A stretch of 42,917 bases of DNA from a virus (lineage: Duplodnaviria > Caudoviricetes), in IMG/VR virus record IMGVR_UViG_3300031848_000010, positions 1 to 42,917 of that record; one strand, given 5' to 3'. Below are positions 10,101 to 22,100 of this stretch, piece after piece (the first letter of the stretch is position 1; each line of letters begins with the position of its first letter). A model generated the notes under the pieces. That model worked only from the letters and a program-made list of their open reading frames with translations, was not told where the DNA came from and made no database searches. A program made the position numbers and the translations under genes.

Positions 10101-13100
10101 TAAATGCAATACAATTAGTACATGAACAAGATTATACGTTTAACTCAGATGGCTATGTTGTTATTAGTGCTACTAAAGTTGACGGCGATATAATTGAAAT
10201 ATACGAGTATGAAACTACCGACGGAAGTTTTGTAGCACCTACTCCAACAAAGCTAGGACTTTATCCAAAGTTTTATCCAGAGCTTACTATTGATGATAGC
10301 TATATTGGTGTAAAAACAAATGTAACAGGTCCTTACAAAGTTTACGGACGCATTGAACAAACAACAAAAGCTTACAAAGGTAAAATTGGTTGGTTCTATC
10401 CTTTGCATACTACACAAGCATCAGCAATAGCCGATGACAAAGCACGTGGCGGCACAGGAACTGTGCATGAACATGTGTTTGAAGGATTAGCACAAGTGTT
10501 CTATATGGCCGATGTTGCTAAAAATCATGCAGTTGAAGATAATAACGAAGTTGAAGAATATCCAATTGGTGTTGCTATGCTTAGAGGGCATGACGGCAGC
10601 TATATTAAAGCGTACAAAGATTTTAGAGACGAATTAGTATTAGAGTTTGAAAGAAGAATTTTTAATAATATTAAAGTTTCGTACTCAACAGACTTATTAG
10701 ATATACAAGAGTTTATTGCTGGCGAATATAGAACTACTGAGTTTAGTAAAGCAGAAGTAGACAATAGCTTAGTTGGCGATTTTACTCAATGGCTTAGACT
10801 AGTTACCGGCGCAGAATATACTGAACATAACTTTTATGATCCTAATAATAGTTTTACGTTTAATTATTCTAGTGCAACAAGCCCATTAGGAAATAAAGTT
10901 CCGGGATTCTGGCGCGGCACCTACATCCATGCATATGGCACTGATAGACCAAACTCCAATCCATGGGAGATGCTAGGGTTTACAATGAAGCCTACTTGGT
11001 GGGATACAACTTACGGTCCTGCTCCATACTCTGGAGATAACTTAGTACTGTGGAAAGATTTAGAAGAAGGCAGAATTAAGGTACCTGGAGTAGCAGAAGT
11101 AGTTAACTCAAAATATGCAAGACCAGGACTAACTAAACATATTCCAGTTGACAGTCAAGGTAGACTAAAGTCTCCTAGAGATAGTAGTTTTACTAGAAAC
11201 TTCTTAAGAAATGAAGCAACGTCAGGTTGGAAGTTCGGAGATCACAGCCCAGTTGAAACTGCTTGGAGAAGAAGTTCAGAATATCCATTTGCAGTATTAT
11301 TAGCATACCTATTAAATAAACCTGCTAAAGTAATGGGCTTAGGATTTGATGTATCTAGAATTAAAAAGAATTTGGTTAAGCAATGGGTGCAAACTGACAC
11401 TAATAAACCTATTCAATTATCTACTGCAAAAATACCTAATACATATAAAGATGAAACTAGAGTATTAACTTGTGGACTTGTAAATTACATTTATAACTTA
11501 ATATCTAGTGATGTATTGAGTGTTTATACAGACTATAAAAATAACCTTGTAAACTTAACAAATCAATTAGGATTTAAAGTTGGAGGATTTACTGATACTA
11601 GTAAATTCAATTTAATTCTTGATAGCAGATCTCCTTCTAAACAAACAGAGAGAGATGGTATATTTGTTCCACAAGAAAGTTTTAAGGTTTTTAATAATAC
11701 TAGTAGCCCGTTAGAAATGGTAACCTACAGCGGAATTTCAATTGAAAAATCAGGCTCAGGATATCTTCTTAGAGGTTATAGTAATACTGAACCATATTTT
11801 GAGTATTATAAGCCAAAGACCGGATCTTCAAAAATAACAGTTACAATTGGCGGTATCTCAGAATCACAACAAGAATGGTCACCAAGAACACTTTATGAAC
11901 GAGGAATGGTTGTTAAGTTTAAGAATGAATTTTTTAGAACAGCTAAACAGTTTACTAGTGGAGAGACATTTGATGCCGACGAAGGATTTGCTGTTTTAGA
12001 GGAGCTTCCAATTACAGGCGGCAGAACGGCTGTATTCTATAAGGACTTTGAAACTACTGACACTCCATCTAGATTACAATACGGAACAAGACTTGCTACT
12101 ACACAAGAAGTAGTAGATTTTATGCTAGGATACAATGCTAGACAAAAAGTATTAGGATTTTCTTTTAACGAAGTAGATGCTTTTAACGAAGTAGTTGAAA
12201 ATTGGGAAAATAGTGCTAGAGAGTTTATGTTCTTTACCACTCAAGGTTGGGCTGCAGGAACTGTAATTACGTTAAGCCCAGGCGCACAAAAAATACAATT
12301 TGATAGAGACTTTGTAGTTGTAGACAATCTATATGATAAGTTCTACGATTATAGCATATTACAAGCAGACGGTCAACCTTTATCAGCAGACTTTAACGGT
12401 CTTGTTAGAGATGGAAATAGTTTTGGACTTGAAACTTCAAATACTGATGACGGACTATATCATATAAGTTTGCCTATTGTGCAAAAAGAACACGTTATTA
12501 TTTTAGATAATAAAACTGCGTTCAGTGATATAATTTATGAACCAAAATCAGGATATAGACAAGACCGAATTAAAGTTAGCGGTTACAGAACTGACGATTG
12601 GAATGGCGGCCTAAATCTTCCAGGCTTCTTATATGACGAAGCTATTATTACAGAATGGACGCAATGGAAAGATTATAAAATTGGTGAGCTAGTAAAATAC
12701 AAACAATTTTACTATTCAGCTAACAGCAATTTATCAGGTGCAAAAAACTTTAATGCTACGTTGTGGTTACAACTTAGTAAAAAGCCAGAGTCAGAACTAA
12801 CAGCTAACTTAGATTACAAAGCAAATCAGTTTGCTGACTTTTATGATTTAGACTCAGCTGGCTTTGACGATGAACAACAACGTATGGCCCAGCATTTAAT
12901 TGGCTACCAAAAAAGACAATATCTTGCAAACATTATTAATGATGATGTAAGCCAATTTAAATTTTATAGAGGATTCATTGCAGATAAAGGCACTATGAAC
13001 GCCTTAACTAAATTGTTTGAATCTCTTGGTGACGGAACAACTTCAGCATTAGATTTTTATGAAGAATGGGCAATCCAAACAGGCAGATACGGAGCAACTG

Positions 13101-16100
13101 AAAATACTAAACAGGTAGAATTTAATCTTAAAGAAGATTCAATGACAGAATCTCCGCAGGCATTTGAGTTAATTGATACGTTGCCTGCAACAAACTACGA
13201 TAGGGTATATAGAATACTACCTAATGAAGTATTTGATAAGCCTGAGTTGTATGATCATAGCCCATTTCCAACTAAGTCGATAACAACAGAAAACGAATAT
13301 ATTAAAACAGGTGGTTATGTTTCTGTAGAGGATGTTGCATTTACAGCAGGATCAATATCAGAACTATCACTGGGTGATATAAATGCTACTAGCTTAGGCG
13401 ATTATATATGGGTAGTTGAAACCGGCAAAGATTCTTGGGAAGTCTATCAAGTTATTTCAGCAGCAGTACATGTAGTTGGAGCAACTCTTAGAACAGATAA
13501 ACTTGCAAGTGACGGAATGCGTCTTGTAGATTTAGAATTAGATACTTGGGCAGATATTCCAGGAGACGGAATTCGTGCATTAATCACTACAAGTGACATT
13601 GTTGGTATCCGTGGCGCACAAGCATATAATCTTAACGGAATGTATGCAATTGACACAGACGGTATTAATTTAACTACAGTAACAGTTAAGGCTGATGTTA
13701 ATGCAAATATTATAGACTTTGTAGACGAGTCATTCCAAGTAGTAAAGTTTAGAAAAGTTCGTGTTCCAAATATTGACGTTTTAAACTCACAGCGAAGCAA
13801 GCTATATGGCAAACAGAAAATTTGGGTTGATGACTACGAAGGTGACTGGAAAGTTTTTGAAAATAAACCAGTGTATACAGCAAACCAAACACTTTTTAAT
13901 CCTTCAGACTTTGATAGTACTTCACAACAGTTTAGTAAAAGTGTTGCAATAACAGAAACTAACAATGATGTATTTGTATCAGCACCTGGAGATGTATTAG
14001 GTAAAGTAAGCCATTATAAACGTACTGATGAAAAAAATAATTTAGTACTAGATGATATATTAACATTAGATAGTGACGATGATTTACTTAATGCAGCATC
14101 GTCAGGAAGATTTGGCGAGAATATTTCAGTTAGTCCTGATGGCGAATACTTAGTAGTTGGTATTCCAGAAGCATCTGGAGTAAAAACAAAATTTAAAGAT
14201 ACGTTTAATACTACGTCTACATATACAAAAGGTGACGTTGTAAAATATAGAGAAAGTTTGTGGAAAGCAAATAGAACAGTACTTCCGGAAATTGCATCAC
14301 AGGCATTTACAACGTTTGATACCTATGTTAATATTGCTGCTTCTGCAGATGCAGATTCAACAACACTACAATTGTTAGTTGCAGGTGACCCTGGGCTGTC
14401 TGGAAATACAGTAGATCACATATTGGTAAGAGCACCAAAAGATATGTACTTAGGTACAGCAGTTGGCGACACAGTTAATCTTTACTGGAACCAACGTAGT
14501 TATACATATCCTACTTTAACAAACTATTTGCCTTTTGACGGAGACATACCATCCATTACTGGAAGCGTTATTACAGGTAGTCATATTATTCAAAATAAAA
14601 TTGACCATGTATTGTTTATAGCAACGTTTGTTTCGTTGCCCACAGTAGGACAATCAGTTACAACTGCTACAGGTAGTGCAACTGTTGCATATGTAGGTAC
14701 GCAAAACGATAGTGCAGTAATTTACTTAAAAGATACAAATGGTATTTTTAGTGTTAGTGATGAGCTGTTTATTGAAGAAACAATATTTGTTGGATTTTAT
14801 ACAGAATCTGCAACATACAATACTAGTGATGCAGTAGATGGCTTTTGGTATATTGCTCTTCCATTCAACTACAGCAATAACGGAACATACTATGATACTG
14901 GCCGAGGATTAGTTTACGCTGATGTTAGACTAGCATCTTCTGCAAGAGCGTTGAATGCATATTCAAACATTCAGTCAGCAGTAAGCTACATTGGAACATA
15001 TGTTAAAAATAAAAACAGAGCTAGTTACATTACACAATTATCTTACACCGGCGATCCAGGCGGAACTGAAGCTGCACAACTTAGTAACAAATGGATAGTA
15101 CGTGGTGAAAAGGCATATACTGATACTTTATCAATAAACGATACAACTGAATTTAGAGTATATAATCTTGATAACAGAATTATTGATGTTGCAACCGCAG
15201 GGTTTACATTTGATATTTTAAATAAGCAACAAACTGTTGTTGACTTATGGGACGGCTACATTGATTTTACGTTTGATGAGTTTGACTTTGCTGGTAATGT
15301 ATTTGAACCTGTTGTAGGCGACATAATTCAAGACGTACAAATTCCAAATGATGGCCAAGGTGGCCTTGCAATTACAACAACTACTACTAGTACTGCTGAA
15401 GTTGTGTTTTATCGTAGAAACTTTAATAGTGTACGAGTTTATGTAAAAGTGTTAAGCGGCCTTTGGAATCAATTAACTAACATTGGAAAGTATGCAATTC
15501 AGCGTAATGCTAATACTGTAGAACGTGGTGCAGCAGATGTTAATCGTGTTATGGGAAGTGTAACAGACTTTGAAAATGATGTTGCAGTAGGCACAGATAC
15601 AGTTGGTAAGTTGGTAGTATTTGAACATTCGTCACAGTTTGATATTGTTACTAACCCAGAAATAGTTGATGAAGAGTATTGGTTCTTTAATGAAAATACC
15701 GAACAAGGTATTTCAAGAATAGCAAATCCTCCATATAGCTTAAACAAAGATTATACACAAGTATTCCATCTTGAAGCTGAGAAGTCAGGCACAGCAGGTC
15801 CATCAAAAGAAGGCGCTGTTGCAATTTATCGCAGATCAGATGTTGGTACATATAAAAGACAATATGTATTAGTTTCTGAGCATGGAAAAGAAAACAGAGG
15901 CTTTGGCAAAAAAGTTAAAATTGTACAAAAAGGAAAATATTATACTCTTGCAGTCTCAAGTAACGGTCTGGGAACAAGAGCTGATCCTGGAAGTATTGAG
16001 TTTTACCGACATGGTGTAAAAGCAGAAGACATTGCAAGCTTTAAAGGTCCTTATCAAATACTATCATACTTGATAGGCGATATAGTATTGTACCAAGATC

Positions 16101-19100
16101 AATATTTTCAGTGTGTTAAAAATGCTACTGCAAATAACTTTGTATCAGATCCTGTTTTCTGGGAAAACATAAGCTGGAAAAACGGCAAAGACAGAAACTA
16201 CAGAGGCGTTTGGGATAACACTTATAGATACGAAAAAGGTGCCATTGTAGAATATAATAATATACTTTATGTTGCAGCAACTAACATTGCCGCAGGCGCA
16301 GCCGCAGTGAGTAATAGTTGGACTATACTAAGCAGTGCTGTTGATTATGTCGGGATGTTGCCTAACAGAACATCTAAAACATTCTATGCTGATGAAACAG
16401 TATTTGACCCAATACAAAATATTGAGCAGTTTAGTAAAGACTTTGATTTAAGTGCTAATGGTGATGTCCTTGTTACTACTAGTACACAAGTACAAACAGA
16501 TAGTACAAGAGACATTGCAGTAGTGGTGTATAGAGAAATTGGCGATAAGTTTGTATTTTCTCAAATGATTACAGAAGCTACATCAATAGACGGGTTTGCT
16601 GATAAAATAAGTATGAATCCTGAAGGAACTAAGATAGCAGTAAGTTCTCCGTTAAAAGACTCTGTAAGAATTAATCAAGGTGTTGTATACATATATGTAC
16701 AAGACGCTAACGGCGTATTTGGAACAGTTACTAACTCTGCACTTGGAATAACAACTCCGTCTCAAGTAATGCTTCCATCACAAGATGAAGAATCAGAAAA
16801 GTTTGGATATAATTTAGATTTTGGTAAAGACAATCTTGTAATATCTAGTTTAAATGGCGATCAACTAATTCCAACTAGTTTTGATACTTACGAAAAGAAT
16901 TTATCTAATTCTTATCAGCTTGATAAAGCTTCTACTAAGAAAGAAGTACCAACTACATTTGATAGAAAGTTTACTTCGTTTAAGAATGTTAAAATAGACA
17001 AAGGTGTTGTTTATATATACGAATCTTTTGGCAATAGAATGTCATTATCAGAAACTATTTCGTATCCGTTAACTCAAACTAGCTTTGGCGAATACATTTA
17101 TACTAATGATAATCACATATACATTGGTATGCCACAGCAATATGACGATGAGTATAGAGGTGGATTAGTTGACTTTAGAAAACTTAACGGAGTCTTTGCA
17201 TGGTCCGCAATTAGATCTAGCGTAACACCAGTTGATGTTGAAAAGATACAAGGTGCATTTTTATATAACAAAAAAGAAAACAAAATAATTACATACCTTG
17301 ACTTTATTGATCCAATACAAGGTAAAATTGCAGGAATAGCAGAACAAGAAATTGCATTTAAAACTAGATATGATCCGGCGTTTTATAACACTGGACTACT
17401 AGCTGATAATAATGTTGACCCAGGAAGACATTGGGCAGAAAACTATGTTGGAAAAGTTTGGTGGAATATTGACTCTGCTAGATTTGCACATCCTTATCAG
17501 GGATCAACTAACTTCCAAAAGAATACTTGGAATACCCAACTTGAAGGGTCTGTTATTAATGTGTACGAATGGGTTGAAAGTAAATTCCTTCCAAATACTT
17601 GGGATGGATTCGCAGACACTGACGAAGGCCTAGCACAAGGTGTTAGCGGCATAAGCTTATACGGTAACGAAAAATATACTACTAGATTAGAGTATGACAA
17701 TGTAAGTAAATCATTTAATACTTTATATTACTTCTGGGTAGAAAATAAACGGAATATTCCTTCTAATGCTAACAGAAAATTAAGCATACAAAATATTGCA
17801 GCATTAATTGCAAATCCTAAAGATCAAAAGTACAGATACCTAAGCTTATTGAGCAAAAACAAGTTTCTTTTAACAAATTGTAATGATATTGTTAATAATA
17901 ATGATGTTGTTTTGAATATTAAGTATACAACTGATAGTGTTGAAAAAACACGTCAGAATGTTCATAACCAGTATCAAATATTAAGTAAGGGATTATCAAC
18001 TAGTGTTCCTAATGCTGATATCCAACTTAAATGGTTTGATAGCTTAATTGGCTTTGATGCAAAAGAACGTGCAGTTCCAAATTTACAGATTCCTGCAAAA
18101 AGTCGTTACGGAATTCAAAACAGACCAAGACAGGGAATGTTTGTTAACAGATTTGAAGCGTTAAAACAATTCATTGAAAGAGTTAACATAGTTGCAAAAG
18201 AAAATCTATTAGCAGACGAATACAATCTTGCTGCGTTATCTAAGAAAGAACCATTGCCAACATTAATTGGTGGTGAGTACGATCACAAAGTTAGTACATA
18301 TGCTGAACTAGTTTATATTAGTACAAGTAAAGTAACTCCTGCAACACTAACTCCTGTATTACAGAACGGAAAACTAGTTGGAATTACAATTGTTAACGCA
18401 GGACGAGGATATAAAGTTGTTCCTAAAATTACAATTAGCGGCACTGGCACAGATGCAGAAATAGCATTGACTATTAATGCACTAGGTCAAATAACAAGTG
18501 CTTCAGTTGTAAATCAAGGCCTAGGCTATGATGCTAACACTTCAATTAGCGTAAGAAGGTACAGTGTACTTGTAGAAGCTGATAACTCAGTGTTTAATAA
18601 ATGGGCATTGTATTCTTGGAACGAGGCAAACAGTACTTGGTTTAGAAGAAGCATACAAGATTATGACGTAACACAATTTTGGAGTTACGCTGATTGGTAT
18701 GCATCTGGATATAACCAGTTTACTGAAATTGATGATATCATTAAAGGGTCATACGTATTAACAAGTCTTGAAAACAGCCTAGGTGATATAGTTAAGATTA
18801 ACTCGGTAGGCTCCGGCGGCTGGCTTCTATTAGAAAAAATAGCTGACGAAGATACTGAAGATTACACAATTAACTATAAGACTATTGGTAGACAAAACGG
18901 AACAATACAGTTTAACGATAAGCTATACGACTATACTAAAAATACTGTAGGTTTTGATAACAGAAGCTTTGATAGTTATTTTTATGATAATACTCCTTCA
19001 AGAGAGCTTAGAATTATACTTGAAGCAATTAGAGATAATATTTTTATTGGAACTTTGGCTGTTGAATATAACGAATTGTTCTTTGCAACTTTGCGTTACG

Positions 19101-22100
19101 TTCTTGCAGAGCAAAAAGGCGCTGACTGGTTATTTAAAACTAGCTTTGTTAAAGCAAAACACAATCTTGGTCCATTGTTCCAAGACATAACATTTAATAA
19201 TAACAACTTAGCAAACTATGAAGCATATATTAATGAAGTTAAGCCTTATAGTACAAATGTAAGAGAGTTTGTTAGTAACTATACAACAGTAGAAGGAACA
19301 AATAGCAGTGTAAGCGACTTTGATCTACCACCAGAGTATAGTACTCAATCAAAGTCTATTGTGCCAAGCAAAGCACAAGTTATTGATGGTGTAATTGTAA
19401 GCGAGCCTAATAGTGCGGCACTTTATCCAAGGAAGAATTGGAGCGACAACAACGGGTATCAAGTTACAGAATTACAAATTTCAAATGCTGGTACAGGTTA
19501 TACATATACTCCTACAGTAAAAATTACTAGTGCAGAAGGCACTGGCGCTACTGCTAGAGCATATTTAGGCTACGGTAGAATTACTAAAATTGAAGTATTA
19601 ACTAACGGTTCAGGTTATATTAAAACTCCAGTAGTTACTATTGAAGGCCCACAAGCTGATGGAAGCACACCAGCAACAGCTACAGCAATCTTAGGCAATG
19701 GCGTAGTTAGAAGTCCGTCCATTACAACTAAGTTTGATAGAGTTTCAGGTAAAGTATATTATGCAACATTATTGCAAGAAATAACAGTTAGCGGCACAGG
19801 AACAAAAACAGTTTATGATTTAGAATGGCCAATGGATCTTTCAAGTTCAAAGGTTACTGTGTGGGTAGGTAAAGATAATACTAAGTTAGTTGAACAACTT
19901 AGAAGTGCTTATACATATACTAATGTTTCAAATACAACAACAGGATATAAAAGACAGCAAGGCAGAATTACATTTACTACACCGCCTGCATTTGATTATA
20001 AAATTAAAATTCAATACTACAGACCATTAAGCTTACTTAATGCTGAAGACAGAATTAACTTTGCATACAATCCTACTTCTAGTATGTACGGCAAAGAATT
20101 AGAACAGCTAATGACTGGTGTGGATTATGGCGGAGTTCAAATACGTAGTTTTGAATTCGACAAGCCAGCAGGATGGGACAGCAATGGATGGTATTCAGAT
20201 AGCTGGGACACGTTTGACAATACTTACGAAGATGAACTTTTTTATGCTGACGGATCAACAAATGCAGTAGCACTAACTAAACCGCTAGCTGATGGCGTCA
20301 TGTATAACTTTTATAAAAATGGTGTTCGAATAGATGATGCTAATTATGATGCAAGTACAGTAAATACAAACCCTAGTGCAATTACTAATTCTATAATTGG
20401 TGACGGTGTAACACAAGCACTTGATTTAGAAGAAATGGGAATAAGTTTGGTATCCGGCGATATACTAATTGTTAGAAAAACAACTAGTGATGGTAGTACA
20501 TTACCAGATGCTGACAGCTATGATACAGCACTTACCGGCGGCGACTTAGCATACACTACTGCTAAAGGTATTAACGCTGAAGATATTATTATAGACGGCG
20601 ATGGATTTATTACGCCTACTACAAGCGGCGGTCCTGAAGAATTAGTTCCAGGGCAAGTCCTTGATACACTTGATCTTAAAGTGTATACTAGAGATAGTGC
20701 AGGCCAAGGAATAATTCATAGTCAAAGCTATATTATGGGAAGTGATACAACTTATTCATTAGGTGCTATTCCACGTACTGCTGAAGCAGTACTAGTAAAA
20801 GTAGGTAATGTTATTTTAGCTGATAGTTTATATACAATTGATTGGCAGAATAATAATGTTGTCCTTAACTCTGCAACAGCAGGCGCCGAATTAAATATTA
20901 TTGCAATGTCGCAAGGTACACAAAAAGTACTAGACTTTGGAGTAGGCGATACTACATCTGGACAGGCAGATTATATAACAACAGTTGATTGGGAAGAAGG
21001 TACTTCTTGCTTTGTTAGCATAGACGGCATCAGCTATAATGTGTCAGTATTTAATAGTGCTGACGATAGTGTACCCGGTACAGCTAAAGTTGGTATTAGG
21101 CTTAATACTCCTCCAACTGTTAGCGGTCAAAAAATCCACTACACTGTGTTTAGTGATTCTTTAAAAATTAACTACAGCCAAGTTAGTAAAGATACTTTTA
21201 CAACAGACGGAACTACTAGAAGTTATCAGTTAGCTACAACACCGTTTTATGCATTACCAAATGAGCATAACATTATTGTTAAGGTTGCTAATAAGATTCT
21301 AAACCCTGGATACAATATTAAATATACTATAGATGAATTTGAAAGGAGAGAATACAAAATTGAAACCTTCCAAGAAGCAGTTGGATCAAACTCAGCTGCT
21401 GATATTAGTGTATTTGTAGATGGCATAGAAAGGTTTACTCCAGACGAATGGAGATTTGATATTGCTAATAGTTCAATTATTTTAGCAGACAACGTAGGAG
21501 AAGAAAGTTCAATAGTTGCAATTTACGCAATAACAGATGGTGAATACCGAATTACTGGAAACGTAGTTACACTTGATACTACTCCGGCAGCAGATCAAAC
21601 TGTAGAAGTATTCCAATTTTCAAATCATGATCTATTAGGTATAGAAAGAATTAATTATGATGTTGTTGCAAGAACTGTGTTAACATCCACAGACGTACAA
21701 ACAGTAACATACAATAGGTTAACGGTTGGTGAAGTGCCATTACGGCAGAAAGCAGTTGATGCACAATATGTTTGGGTAAGTGTTAATGGAGAATTATTAA
21801 CACCAAGTGTAGATTATTATATTACAGATGACCAAATGAATGTAAGGTTAACAAAAACACCAGCAGCTAATGATGTTATAGATATTATTCACTTTACTGC
21901 ACCTGTAAGTACTTCAAAATTTGCTTACAGACAATTTAAAGATATGTTGAATAGAACACACTTTAAGCGTTTAGATAAAGAAGCTACTAAGTTACGCGAA
22001 CCTTTAAATAGTACTGATTTGCGTGTTGAAGTAGTTGATGGAAGCACATTGTCAGAACCGAGCAAAGGTCAAAACTTACCAGGCATTATATTCATTGACG

